Part shown: positions 1-13,249 of the stretch, one piece after another | Layout of the letters: each line of letters begins with the position of its first letter | Position numbering within the stretch: position 1 is the first letter of the stretch | Assembly (NCBI RefSeq): GCF_036971445.1 | Contig: NC_091475.1 | Span: forward strand, 31,620,001 to 31,684,000 | Length of the DNA: 64,000 bases | Direction: 5' to 3' | Origin: Narcine bancroftii | Taxonomy: Eukaryota | Notes under the pieces: model-generated | The model's database searches: none | What the model was told of the DNA's origin: nothing | The model's input: only the letters and a program-made list of their open reading frames with translations | Translations under genes and position numbers: made by a program

Positions 1-445
1 AATTCCTTGTAAAAGATTTAAAAATTACAGCGGGGCTGTAATTGAGAACACCTACAGGGAACACTGCCATCAGAGAGCAGCAGCAATCATCAAGGAGCCA
101 CATCATCCAGTACATGTTCTGTTCTCGCCGCTGCCATCAGGAAAGAGGTATAGGTACCACAGGACTCGCATCATCAGGTTCAGGAACAGCTGCTACCCCT
201 TCACCATCAGATTCCTCAATGACTAACTCAATCAGGGACCCATTTAAGGAATCTTACTTTGACACTTTATTGAATTTTTTTTCTCTCAGTATTGCACACA
301 GTTTGTTTAGATTTCTTTCTTTGTTTGCGTGTGTTTGTTGAGAACAGTTTTTTTTGCACTACCAATAAGTGGTAATTCTGTCACACCTGCAAAGAATCTC
401 AGGGTTGTATGTAATGACATGTATGCACTCTGACTATAAATCTAA
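1..445 (+). mobile_element. Rex-Babar-type LINE, 3' end fragment
   Basis: Clearly similar to 7500-7940, sharing the tail motifs caggttcaggaacag and aagaatctcagggttg. Confidence 0.7.
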
Positions 446-982
446 CGATGCTTGCTCAATTCCACAATATTAGATTCTGCTCACATGATTGCTTCGCTCT
501 CACCTGGTCCCCAGGATGTAGCTCTGAGCAGGCAGCAAGGAGCATGATTCTCAAATTCACCTCTTCAAATAACAAGCTGTCAATTAATATCAGTGAGCTG
601 CTATTTTTGGGTCAGTCTCAGACCTTTGTGTTCAGGTGCACATTGCAGCCACCTCTCTGCCTTCACAGGCAAAGTTAAGTGTCTTTATAATCACAATAGT
701 GTTTTTAAACCTTTAACACATGTATGATATCTCTTTATTTTTGAGAATACCACTTGATGCTGAATCAGAAAAGAACAAATGAATTCTAAAATATCCCATC
801 AATTCTGGCTCTTGGAAAGAGCACCTGAAAGAATTAAAAACATATTAATTTTTTTGGACAATTTCTGCTGAAATTAGTTGAGCAGCTTTAACATGGCTTC
901 CAGCACTGTTCTGCTTTTGTCCTCCATCTGTGGAAAAAGTTCTGCAACTTTGTTATGACATCAAAAGACAATTGAACTTTAC

Positions 983-1122
983 CGTATTCGTGGAACGAAT
1001 TGGATTCAGGAAACTTTCATTTCTTCCCAGTTGAGACAAGACAGTGTTGAGTTGTCCTTTTTTACCCAGCTGGCAGTCCATAAACCGCTCAAAATTAAAC
1101 AAATGTGCAATGATATGAATGC
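983..1122 (-). CDS. CYBB: CYBB exon 5; later exons lie outside the window
   Basis: ttctcag|GC...ACG|gtaaag, 140 bp, phase consistent with exon 4: GIHIIAHLFNFERFMDCQLGKKGQLNTVLSQLGRNESFLNPIRSTNT. Contains the H115-equivalent and an NES glycosylation sequon. Confidence 0.94.
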
Positions 1123-2144
1123 CTGAGAAACAACAAAGCAGTTTGTCATTATCTTACATAAATATTGAATTATCCAGATAATCAAAATTCATGTTCATTG
1201 GCAAAATTAACTCAACTGATAGTAATGAGAAACATATGTTCAATGAATGCAGCTCATGACTGTTTTGAATTTATTGTTTAGATAATTTATGTATCAATAT
1301 CTCATGCATCAGAACAGAACAGCACAGTCGGACCCATCATAGTCCAGTGTTTATTCATGACTGTTTTTCAGGTAATACCTGACATCTTCCTAGGGTTCAT
1401 GGAGACCATCATCAATTCATCAAATGACACTGTTCTTCAGACTTGCTTTAACTAAAGCCATGGTTCTAAAATATATCACAGCTTTTGTTCAAATGGTCAA
1501 AGGTTCCAGAGGCAGGGGAGCGTGACTTTGACACTGTGAAATTACTTAATCTAGCCTGGCGTGGAAGAGTTCTGGTGCAACTGAACTCCTGTTTGGTATT
1601 AGCGAGATCAAACTCAAACCTGGTCACTTTGTTATTTAAGCTAAGGACTAGAATCACTGGGCTTAATAATAATGTCAGCTCTACACTGGAGCCTATAGAG
1701 AGGTGCAATGTCTGATTTTAGAAAGAAATCCGATAACTGAACCCCAAAGTTGCATTTAAAAAGTGTAAAATATTACATTTGCTCTTTTTCCATCATGGTC
1801 CTCAACAACGTTCGTCATGTTCAGACAAAACTGATCTTTTCAGTCACTTGGATAACTGCACACGACTTGCTGTGATTCCATGCAGAAGAAATCCTGATAT
1901 GGCAGTTTATATTACCCTTAATTGAAAATCTTTTGATTAGTTCCTTCCAAAAATGTTTTAATAGATTTATTTTCTGATAATGTGCATTCAGTTTTATTTT
2001 TGATTAGAAAAGGAAGATAATTCCCTGAAACTGATTTGATCTGATGGTTTTTTTTACTTAATTCAGAAAGGTAAAGTCCAGGATTTCACTCTTAAGGCAA
2101 TGCAATGACGACAATGGCATAAGGAAGATCCCTCTATATTTTAC

Positions 2145-2229
2145 CTGTATGCAGAGCAATCATGTAAGCGACCAGTTTATGAAAGGTGATGTTTTTGTCC
2201 AGTTGTCTTCTGAGAGTCCGCCTGCAACA
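2145..2229 (-). CDS. CYBB: CYBB exon 4
   Basis: tttag|...G|gtaaaa, 85 bp, [28 protein letters not shown]; B-loop and the heme-ligand His equivalent to H101. Confidence 0.96.
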
Positions 2230-2649
2230 CTAAATTAGGAACAGAGATTATAAACCACTGCTTCTCATTGCACTTTTCTAGGCCTTTAACCTCTACCCTT
2301 GCCACAATCCAGGGGCTGAAGCATTCTTTCCAGGTACACATACTCAATCTGAAACACAAACTCTGTTTCTCTTTCCACAGATCTGTTGACCAATCTGCTT
2401 AATGTTAGCAGCATTTATGTTTCCAGTTTCCGGCATTCACTGTATTTTTTTTAAATAGTGATGCATTGGGATGTTCTTAAATGCTGTGCCTTAAAGATGA
2501 GCGCAGCATCTGATCTGCAGTTTCCAGATCTCATTTGAACAAGGCATCAAGCAGATGGTCGATCCGACTTAGGAGGGTAACCGATTTAGCATAACGGTTA
2601 TTATACACCAGGCAACAAATATTTTCAAAAGGTTTGTTTCCTGAAAAAA

Positions 2650-3250
2650 AATGGGGATTATGATCGACAACTTCAAGCTGAACGCAAAGATTATTTCAGA
2701 TTTGTTGTATCACGTAGGAAGTTGGAGAAATATTAAATTAACTTTTATTGAATTTGGCATGTTTAATAGTGACGCGGGCACATTGCGTTAGTTCAATTAG
2801 CCTAAAAATGTTTTGTTACTGATTTTCCTTTGTACTTAGCATCTAATGAATGTTTGACTATGATGCTGTCACAAAACACCGAATTTCATGACTTGTTCAT
2901 GACAATAAATCTTGATTCTGATTCTGAGGCCTCTCATGTCAGTGCCCAACAATAATCGGCCAGCATTAATGGAATGTCCTGGTGAAACCTTTCACCATGT
3001 TCGTCACTGACTGCACCAAGATCAGCAGGGAAGTCGTCCAAGAGCAAATGCAGAAAATGAATTTCAATGGTACGTTGCACTTCGTGATCTTGAATGCCTG
3101 ATGTAGACTTAAAATATGACAGGAAATCGTAAAAATGGGTTATATCTAAAAAAAAGTTCGATAGGTAAATTTGAAGGTGATTTTTGTGATCAAAAATTCC
3201 ATAAAATACACCCAAAAGTGTTCAGGAAGAAAAATCTTCATTATCCAGTG
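2650..3250 (-). mobile_element. Internally deleted Chapaev3-type (CMC) DNA transposon, interrupted by a short LINE tail at about 2845-2925
   Basis: Minus-strand IHFLH..LDDFPADLGAVSDEHGERFHQDI..MLADYCW continues as DAKYKGKSVTKHF* beyond the insert; CACTG terminus at 3250. Confidence 0.7.
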
Positions 3251-3584
3251 TTATCTGTACAACAGAGGTTGAAGTAAATTCTGCAGAGCCTCCTTTGGGT
3301 TATTTTGAATCAAAATTCCTTTGAAAGAACCTTTAAATCCCACCTTCTCAAAGTGAAAAATGACATGTGATGTAAAATCTGGGTGAAGAAATCCAATAGT
3401 GAAAGCCAGCAAATTCAGTCCCAGGCATCAGGATTTAGGCCTCAATTCCCCCCAGCTACAGCTGGTTCCTAATAACTTCCAGTTGAACAGTGAAAATGGG
3501 TAACAGCATGTCTTCCATGAACACACCCACACTGGCACTCCTCAATGATACTCAGTCCCCTTCCATTCTCCCTCTACAGCCATT

Positions 3585-4845
3585 GCTGTACAACTAAGTG
3601 TGGTCCAACCTCCATTTTTAAAGGTGTGGACAAGACTACAGTTGTGGGCCAGATATCAAATAACAATGAGTTGGAACACAGGAAAGAAACTGCAAGTCTG
3701 GAAAGATAGTGCCAAGAAAACAACCTCTTTCTCGATGTCAATAAGATGAAGGAGATGATCACTGACACCCCTGAGCACATTAATGGCACTGAAATTAAAA
3801 GAGTAGGTATTTCCAAGTTTTTTAAGAGTAAATACCTCCAATGACCTGACCTGGGACAAATATATTGCTGTGATAATCAAGACTGTTCAACGATGCTTCT
3901 ATTTTCTTTAGTCCTAGGAAACTTGACATGTTCCCCCATCCCTTGACAACTTTTATAATGCCCCATACTTCCTAGATGCATCACAGCGTGGAACGGGAGC
4001 TGCTCTGCTCAGGATCGGAAGAAACCACAGAAAGGAGTGAAAGCAGCTCAGAACATAAGGCAAATTTCCCTCCCCTCCATGGACTCCAACTAGATCTCCT
4101 GCTGCCTATATACTGTATGGCCTCAGGAGGTGCCACACATGTCCACACCTCCTCCCAAACCACAATTTTGGGCCCCAAACAGGCCTTTCAAGTGAAAGAA
4201 CACTTCACCTGTATATCTGCAGGTGCTTCTTTTGTGGCCTTCTCTACATTAGGGAGACTGGGTGCAGAGTGGGAGATCGTTTCACTGAGCATCTTCACTC
4301 TGTCTGCACCAGTGCCAGGGACTTCCCAGTAGCCAACCATTTCAGTTCTGTGTCACACTCCCGTGCTCGCATACCTGTTCATGGCCTCATGTACTATCCC
4401 ACCAAGACCACAAGTAAATTGGAGGAACAACACTTGATTTTCCATCTGGGCACTCTCCAGTGGGATGGCATTAACAATGACTTCTCTGGTCTCTGTTTAC
4501 CTGATCTCTCCCACCCCCCCCCCCCCCACCTCTGCTTCTTGCTCCTTCCCCTCCCCTTACCTTTTTGTTCGGATGCCTGCCAACATTTTTCTGTACCCTT
4601 GATGAAGAGCTCAAGCCTGAAGTATTGGTTATGTATCTTTAACTTAAAGTACACTGTCTGGCCTGCTGAGTTTCTCTAGCATTGGGTTTTTACTTATAAT
4701 GTATGATCCATCACACCCTGGAAACACTCCCTACTCCCCCCTCCCTCCTCCCATTGTGGATAGGGCCTAACAGTGTGAAAACATGCACCGACAGGTTCAA
4801 AGACAGTTTCTTCTCTGCAGCCATTAGGCTCCTGAATGAACCACA
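3585..4845 (+). mobile_element. Decayed Rex-Babar LINE with a nested Penelope fragment
   Basis: RT C-terminal-like sequence at 3585-4060 resumes near 4700 (KTCTDRFKDSFF). Confidence 0.6.
4085..4695 (+). mobile_element. Penelope-like element fragment (GIY-YIG endonuclease plus pseudo-LTR)
   Basis: GDRFTEHLHSV..FPVANHF..KLEEQHLIFHLGTLQ.DGINNDF, the GIY-YIG C-terminus, followed by the common elasmobranch Penelope terminal repeat. Confidence 0.75.
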
Positions 4846-5067
4846 TCACAGCATTATTGTAGTTCCCTTGCTTGGGGCTAATTAATTTTCCCTTTCATTG
4901 TAATCCTATAGTCTCTAAATTGTGCTCTATACATGGCCATGTATAATGTTAGAGGTAACCTGCTGGCATATTCTCTGAAGAACCCTTCTCGCAGTACTAG
5001 GTATTTGGTGACAAATACATTTAAACTTAAGATAAATATTTTTGTACAATCTTGCAGATTTTGTTCA

Positions 5068-5187
<120 letters not shown>

Positions 5188-5275
5188 CTAAATAGATTAA
5201 CAGAAACACGCGTGAGTTCCAGTGGGAAAGGTACCACGACCCAAGGTTGTAGCTTCAAAATGCATGCCAACTTAC

Positions 5276-5371
5276 CCCAACGAGCTCTCGCGTGTAATAA
5301 AACTTTTGTCCATCTTCATAGACAAAGAAAAAATGAATGAAGAGGAATGCATTTATTCCAAGCCACACCAG
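5276..5371 (-). CDS. CYBB: CYBB exon 2
   Basis: ttttgcag|...|gtaag, 96 bp, LVWLGINAFLFIHFFFVYEDGQKFYYTRELVG; NOX2 TM1 and loop A. Confidence 0.96.
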
Positions 5372-5494
5372 CTGCAAAACAAAGAAACAAACACAAACAA
5401 TGACACCAGCTCAAGCACTGCTCACAGGACAGGAAGCAGGTGATAACACTGGAGGGGACAAAGAGGAAATTAACAAGGATTTTCTCTCTAATCT

Positions 5495-5698
5495 AAATTT
5501 AGACATACAGGACAGTAACAGGCCCTTTCAACCCACCAGCCCATGTTGCCCAGTAACACCCAATTGATCTACAACTCCAGTACATTTTGAAGGGCAGGAG
5601 GAATTCGGAGCACCTGGAGGAAACCCATGCAAACTCCTTACAGACAGCGCCAGATTCAAACCCCAGTTACTGGTGCTGTAAGAGCATTGTGCTAACCA
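5495..5698 (-). mobile_element. tRNA-derived V-SINE
   Basis: Reverse complement of the V-domain (gggtttcctccaggtgctcc) plus a tRNA-like head. Confidence 0.7.
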
Positions 5699-6714
5699 TT
5701 AGATTTTGACAGGTCAAGAGCATTTTACCCTTCAGGAAACATTGGCCACTGGGGAGTGTTTACTTCAGAACAGAGAAGATTGAGGGGAGATTTAGTTAAA
5801 ATGTATAAAATTGTAAAGCTATCAGGAGAAAATGGATTGGAAGGACATATTTCTTTTAGCAGAGATTAATATTGGGGACATAAATTTAAGGTAACTGGCA
5901 TTAGAGATGATTGAGAAAAATGCGATTTCATTCAGAAGTTAATCGGGACTTTGATCCACTGATCTAAAAGGGTGGTGAGGGAAGAACCACTCACTCATTT
6001 AAAAGTTATTTGGATGAGAATTAATGTGAGTTAACTCACAAAGGAAACAAACTAAGGCCGTGTGATTAGGCTGGATGCACGATTAGATGTAATATTTTTT
6101 TCTAGCTTGCATGGATACGAAGGTCAATTATCTTGCTTCTGTGAAGAGATTCCTATGATTCAATGAGTGGGCCGAGCAAAATATATTTTTCTTAATTTTA
6201 CATTAATTAATTACAATCTTCACTTTTATTAAAATTCTTTCATCTCTCTCTCCTTTCTCAACTGACTTGCTCCTTTGGAAGCTTAAAATCTAGCAGGTCC
6301 ATGGAAACACCTTTCCTCTATGTATTTTCCCTTACTGTAGCTGATATGTAGCCACATCATCAAGGTAAAACATCACCCTGCTGGATCACAGGGCAGAGAT
6401 TTAAATTGGAAGTCTTGACAGTCAGGATAGATCCCTTGTTCAAACCAGTGGAGGAATAATTAGACAGATTGTGTTATGGCTTTTCCATGTGATTTTCTTG
6501 ACACTTCTTGGCCCAAACAATGATACATGCCCAGCTATTGCAACAAATAAAAACTAACCCAAAGTGTAGAAACTGGGATTTTTTTGCACATTCTCCATCA
6601 AATGAAACAATGGTGCCCAACCGAAATCTGAACAACACCACCTCTAAGTTCAAGAAAACCTTCTTTCCAACAGTTATCTGGCTCTTGAGCCTCTCCTTGT
6701 TACACTGGAACACC

Positions 6715-7942
6715 TGAACAGCAAAGATGCGTATATCAGTTTGCTCTTTGTTGACTGTAGTTCAGCAATCAGCACCATTATTCCCCAAAACTAATCAGCA
6801 AACTCCAAGACCTGGGCCTCAGTACCTCACTGCGTAATTGGATCCTAGATTTCCTCACCTCCAGACCCCCAATCACTGTGGATAGGCAAGAATATCTCCT
6901 CCACAATCTCCACAATCTCCTTTGGTTCACCAAAGGGCTGTGTTCTTAGTCCCCTGTTCTCCTCGTTTTACACCTACAAATGAGTGGCTTGGTACAGCAA
7001 CAAAACTATTTACAAATTTGCTAACAATACCAGACCAGTGGGCTGTATATAAAAAGGGACCATGAGTTAGCATACAGGAAGGAGATTGAAAACTTGGCTG
7101 AATGGTGCACCAACAACACTCTCATATTCAATGTCACCAAAACAAAGGAGCTGATCGCAGACTTTAGGAGGAGGAAACCAGAGATGCACGATCCAATGAG
7201 CAATGGGGGATCAGAGATGGAGAAGGTGAGCAAATTTAAATTCCTGGGAGCCACTATCTTGGACGACCTTTCCTGGACCCAACATACTTATGCCATCGTG
7301 AAGAAAGCACATCAGGGTCTCTACTTCTTCAGGAGTTAGAGGAGATTCAGTATTAGTTCAGAAACCTTGGCAAACATCTACAGACATGTAGTAGAAAGTT
7401 TGCTGACTGGCTACATCACAGCCTGGTATGGGGGAGACCAATACCTCTAAGGGAAACCCCTACAAAAGGTAGTGAACACTGCCCAGTACATCACAGAAAA
7501 AACTATCCCCACCATCAAGAAAATCTACATAGAATGCTGCCGTCAGAGAGCAGCAACAATCATCAAGGATCCACACATGCTCTGTTCTCGCTGCTGCTAT
7601 TAAGAAAGAGGTATAGGTGCCACAAAACCTGAATTATCAGGTTCAGGAACAGTTGCTACACCTCTGCCATTAGACTCCTAAGCAATAGACTCAATCAGAT
7701 ATTCATTTTGAGGACTCTTACTTTGCCCATTATTTATTCCTGAATATTTTTTCTGTATTTGCACAGTCAGTTTGTTTACTTTTCTTTCTGTGTTTACATT
7801 TCTCTCTTTTGGAAACATATAATTTTCTTGAGTACAATTTACACTACCGATAAGTAGAAATTCTGCCTGGCCAACAGGAAAAAGAATCTCAGGGCTGGAT
7901 GTGATGTTACGTATGCACTTGGTCGATAGATCTGAACTTGAA
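6715..7942 (+). mobile_element. Rex-Babar-type LINE, 5'-truncated and decayed
   Basis: RT remnants (P.GCVLSPL, WCTNN.L.FNVTKTKELI.DFRR, FKFLG) with stops, and the family 3' tail. Confidence 0.85.
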
Positions 7943-10532
7943 ATTTAACGAAACAGGGACTGCTCCAACACCACAAATGGACTGTCTGCACTATTAACAA
8001 GTTGCTTTTTTTTTGCAATATTATTACTATGAATATTTATTATCTATCTCTCTTATGCATTTATTGTCTTTTTTTTAATTTCAATTAAGTTTACTATTTT
8101 AGTTTTTTCAGAAGTTCCTGTTTAGTTACAGCAAATAAGAATTTCAATGCATATGTACATTGTACAATGTATATGACAATAAATTGATTATCATCATTGT
8201 TTTCCAGAATCTTGGGAATGGGTTTCCTCTCCCCATCCTCACCTGTCATCCTTCAGAAAATGATCAGGCTTTATAAGACTCAATCTGGGTATCACAATTT
8301 TACCATCATTTCTTGATTTACCTTGTCTGATTTTCTTTTTAAACAGTACTGAGGATTTATCTCAGGGCTCTTAACAAACATTACAAATCACAATACCATA
8401 TTTTATAGTAGGCATAAATCACCTTTAGTTTATTAAAAAATAAAGCATATTTTGCACGTAGTTATTCAGTTCATCACTTAATAAACATAACCATGGTGCA
8501 GAATGGAAGATAACATAAGTGGCAAAGTAAAATAATTTTGTAAAAGATTGCATCCTTATACCCTATCATATTGACAGTTTGGCAAAAGGCTTTCATAGAA
8601 GTTCATCCTGTTGGCAACATTAAGCATGTTATATAGTAACATGTTCTGTTTTGCCTCAAAAATTTGTTGGATTAAAATGAATGGAATAAATTTAAGAAGT
8701 AAATATAGGAGACTAATGTAGTTCAATGGAATCACTTTTTATTACTGGTTAGGGTGCATTTCTGAATTGCTGAGGATATTTGTAAAATAAATGCAACAGC
8801 TCCCAACATTTCTTTTAATGAAAAATATCAAATATAAATTTGGGACATTAACAAGTCTCTTGCGCTGATCCCAGGATTAAAGTGTAAGCAATATTTTCTA
8901 TCAGTGAGATAAACCACAATTTTTGCAGTCTAAGAGAAGTTCTATGCACAGAGGAATGCAGATAGGTCATTCTGATCTCCAAGTCCTGCTGGCCTTCAAT
9001 TACATGATTTGTTTTGCAACTTCAACTCATCTTGGTTCTCTAACCCTACTAAAAAAAATCTATCAGTCAGCTTTGAAATGTTGTTTTTTTGATTTTGGGA
9101 AAGACATCTTCAGATAGCCACTTGTGAAATATTGGTATCATGCTTGAATGCACTTATTCCTCATTCTGGACAATTTTTATATTTCTCCATATGAATCCTC
9201 GTATTGTTTTAAATGCTTCAACAAGATAATCATTCATCTTCTGCAGTCAAAATAACTAATTTAACCAACATCTTTAAGATTCAATCCTTTAAAAACAAAA
9301 GAACCAAGGTAGTAGGGATAAAAATGTAAAACAAGGAGTATTTATTCTTATTATGGTCTTAGCTGCAATAACATGGAAAACATCATAAACCTGTTCAACT
9401 GATCACATACCCCTTGCTAATAAATCATACCCCTCGGGTTGAAAAACATGAATGGTTTATGGAAAGGGAAGATTAAATGAAAGCAAAATCAACAAAAAAA
9501 TACAAATATATTTAATTTTTTTTAAATTAGTAACTTGGCCTGAGCTGTCATCATGAAAACCTGAGTGGGCCTGAGCTCTAACAATCATAAATATGACACA
9601 GTAGCAAGATAGGAAAAAAAAACTGACGATTGCATGCTAAAAAATATTTGGCACTTTAGTTTGAACTTCAATAAAATGGATGGGTAATAAATCAATCAGA
9701 ACAACCTAAAAGATGCAAGAATGGTCATTTTTATCTTAACGAGCTACTCGCCTTAGAGATGCAAAACTTATTTGATATTTAATTAAAAGCTGTGCCAGAC
9801 CTGAGCTTGCATCGTTGCACAACTTGATGGTAAATTACAGGGGTATTTCTCAACCTTGGAAAATTTTGTCAAATATCTTGATTCTTGACATGCTTTCTAA
9901 AATATATGAATAGATCAAAAATCCACTTCTGACAGGATGTTTATTCAGCAAAGTGATCAGATAATAAATTTCAGAGATCACATCTGGAGTACTGGTGGTC
10001 GTATATGGCAGGTAAGTGGAAACTGTATGACTCTATGCAGCCCCTCACTTCCAGTCACCAGGACAACCTCCACATCCTGTGGCAAGGAATAAAAATTAAT
10101 GGTGTTCATGTGGATATTGCTTGGTCAGATCCAATTTTCATTGTTAATTTAGAAAAAAGTGGAGTACGCCTGGGATGATGTACAATCTGTTACATCAGTG
10201 GTTTGAAAGCATTGGAATAGAAGGGAGTTAATTGGGATACAAGGCTTTTGTTATCATTCCAAGTCGAAATTGCACTGTTAGTTTAATGGATCTCTATTCT
10301 GCATTAGGAAAGTAGTCATTAGAGAGGCAGAACAGAGAGATTCAGGCAAGTGATTTCAGAAGAAGTGGGTAAAGAGAGCTGAGGTTCTTTCCAATTCCCC
10401 AGTATATCCCATTGCAAGAGCACATTGGGGTGGAGGCAGAGCATAAAGCATAGTGATGTGTCAAAGGTAAATGACATTTAAAGTCCTGATGCAGCAAATC
10501 ATACTTTATTTGAAGAATTGAAGGACATTAAA

Positions 10533-10765
10533 AGGTGGCATGGTTAGTGCAACGCTGTTACAGTACCAGTGACTGGAGTTCAAATCCAGCACTGTCTGTC
10601 AGCAGTTTGTACATTCTCCCCATGTCTGCATGGGTTTCCTCTGGTTTCATCCCACCTTCAAAAATGTACCGGGGTTTTAGGTCACAGGTATAATGGGCAG
10701 CACGGGCTCATGGGCAGAAAGAGCCTATTACCATGTAGCAAGTCTAAATTTTTAAAATTAAAATA
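10533..10765 (+). mobile_element. V-SINE
   Basis: tRNA-like head (B-box-like gttcaaatcc) followed by the V-domain tttgtacattctccccatgtctgcatgggtttcc. Confidence 0.75.
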
Positions 10766-10894
10766 ATCAGCCTGTTTAACAGCATCTGAAAAATCACAAC
10801 ATGGGCTTTTTATATGGAAATCTGGATGAACAATTTGCTGATAATCCAATTGTTCTCATTCAATTTTTCTGTGCTAATTCTGTGTTCATTTGCT

Positions 10895-11330
10895 TTTTTC
10901 AGGGTCCTAGGCACTGCTGACCAGGACTTGTTCCTCATCCTCAATCCCCCCCTTGAGAAGGTGGCAGTGAGCTGCATTCTTGGATTGATGTAGTTCTTCT
11001 GGTGATAGCACTTCCACAGTGCTGTTGGGTGTTCCCATGTGCCTACTGCCTTTATCCTCTTTGGTACTGTTTATGGAGAAGGTGGGAACACTAACTGAAG
11101 TGCATCTCCTGGATGGTCCATACTGCAACCACTGAGTGCCAGTGGGAATAAGTAAATGCTTAGGATGTACGATGAGGCATCAATCTGGAAGGTGTCAAAC
11201 ATCTTGAGAGTTTTTGAAGTGGTATTCATCCAGGCAAGGGGAGAGTAACACATCAAACTCCTCAATTGTGTCTTGTGGATGATTGGAAAGTCTTCGATGT
11301 GTCAGGAAATGAGTCATTTGCTGAAGCAAA
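10895..11330 (-). mobile_element. Decayed elasmobranch LINE 3' region
   Basis: ccttgagaaggtggcagtgagctgc and following sequence resemble a common shark LINE tail; recalled, not searched. Confidence 0.45.
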
Positions 11331-11855
11331 CCAAGCTACAGTTTGGGTAGCACAGTTAGTGTAAAATCACAGAACAGCTGGAGTAACTCAGCAGGTCACA
11401 CAATGTCCAGGGGAGGTAAAGATATATAACCCACGTTTTGGGCCTGAGTCCTTCTTCAAGGTGGTACATTCTCCCCACGATGGTGGGTTTCCTAAGGGTG
11501 TTCCAGTTTCCTCACACCCTCACATGTATAGGGGTTGAAGGTTAATTGCATGTTATAGGGCAGTATGGGTTTTAATGGCGGGGGGAGGGCCTTCCACCGT
11601 GTTGTATCATTAAAATTTATTTTAAAACTAAAAAAAGATATAGCTGATTGATTTGGACAATGATTAACTCAGGGAGGATAACTGTAGGAATCCCAACAGT
11701 GAGCAGTTACACTGTTGTTGGAGATGATCTCCATATAAAACTTTTATAGAGGAGATTTTCATTAACAGCTCTTATATCGAATCTCTGGTGTAAATAGACC
11801 ACAACATCACAAACTATTGTACAAAAGTAATTTCAGAAATCATAAAAATAGATCA

Positions 11856-11872
11856 ACTTCCTGTTTCACTTT
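11856..11872 (-). promoter_or_regulatory. Candidate IRF-Ets composite site in CYBB intron 1
   Basis: Minus strand AAAGTGAAACAGGAAGT fits GAAANNGGAA and carries an extra IRF half-site. Confidence 0.4.
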
Positions 11873-13024
11873 ATACATTGTTCCAAACTTTAGTTATTTA
11901 CTCACAATAAAACCAAAGATTAGAACAACTCGTTTTAATAAGCTTAAAATCAGTTCACCAGATAAGAATATTTATAGAATAAAGCTCTCCACCCTCCAGG
12001 GTACTATAATAGAAGATTTAATCAACACAACTTTTTTAATTGATAGCTTCCATTTCCATGTATTGTTGGCAATGCTGTTAATTGCACCTGTCCCTCAATA
12101 ATCTGAGAAGCTATCTTTCTGAAATGAAACCAGTTCACTTCTTGTTAATCTTTGCAATGCTTTTGATGAGAATAGTTCAATTAAGATAGTTAAGAATCGT
12201 TTATTGGTTTGAATGCAGGCATCTCGTTTCGACCAGGCTGAGCAAATTATTTTTAAACAAATTCTAGAGCTACCTTAGTGAAATTTACTTCATATTGTCA
12301 GTTCATATTTTTATAGATTTATGGCAACAATAACATAACTTGACTACTTACTTTTCAAGAAAATATAAATCCTATAAAGTTAAATAATACGAATACTTAT
12401 CTGTATAGAACAAAAAATATAGAGCTTGTTTCCCTTACCAAAATAAAAATCCTCATGTTACCTTAATTGGAATATATTTTCTGTTTGTTCTTGCTTCAAC
12501 ACCCATGGTATTTGTTATGAAATCAGCTTTACCAAGAGCACATTACATCTAGAGGAACTATTTTGAATCTAAATCATTAATATGCATGTCATTAGCTAAA
12601 GAAACAGTGGAAAGAAATTGCCAGTCCGAATGGCCCTCTGAATGATTTTATAATTATTTCTCTATGTGATCATTCAAAATAGCTTAATTTCTGGAGAATG
12701 AACAATAAAATTTGCAAGCATTGCTGTTAGGTTGTCCAGATTTTCATTTGTATTTATATTAAAATACTGCATTGCTTTAAAAGTTGTATAAAATTATAGT
12801 TGCTTGGTTAAATGAGATATTAATTTAATCACCTACTGTTAGTTTAAAAAAAAATTGGATCAGCAAAATCATCATCCTCGTATTTGTATGTTAATTAAAG
12901 ATGAGTTGCTTCCATAGCCAAAACAATGCTAAAATAACGAAATTGCTACTATAATTTGAAGAATAATTCAATTAGAAAAACATTGGAAGACTATCCTTTT
13001 GCATCTTACTTTTATAGTACTTAC

Positions 13025-13069
13025 AATCACAAAGACAGAAACTCCCTCATTCACCAGACAGTTTCCCAT
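13025..13069 (-). CDS. CYBB: CYBB/NOX2 (gp91phox) coding exon 1
   Basis: Minus strand reads ATG...ATT|gtaagt = MGNCLVNEGVSVFVI, 45 bp; matches the NOX2 N-terminus (human MGNWAVNEGLSIFVI) and its exon size. Confidence 0.95.
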
Positions 13070-13121
13070 AGTTGAAATAATTCAATTTACTTGTTCAAAG
13101 TTAATTTATCCAAGCATATTA

Positions 13122-13131
13122 GGAAGTGAAA
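13122..13131. promoter_or_regulatory. Ets-IRF composite element (EICE, PU.1/IRF) in the CYBB proximal promoter
   Basis: GGAAGTGAAA fits GGAANNGAAA, 53-62 bp upstream of the CYBB ATG; on the gene strand it reads TTTCACTTCC, like the human CYBB PU.1/IRF site. Confidence 0.75.
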
Positions 13132-13249
13132 CTTCTATCAATGATTTTCACAATATCCTTCTCGATTCTTCATGAAATGTGCAAAACTGATTAGTTGGCT
13201 TAATATAAATGTAGAGAAAAAACAGAAGCAAGACTTTAATGAAGATTTA

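Noticed and set aside
10533-10600. tRNA-like sequences here and at other V-SINE heads
   Set aside because: SINE heads without a complete cloverleaf; not tRNA genes.
13058-13069. MGNC N-terminus as a dual acylation motif
   Set aside because: Residue 4 varies among NOX2 orthologs and position 6 is Val rather than the preferred Ser/Thr; too speculative.
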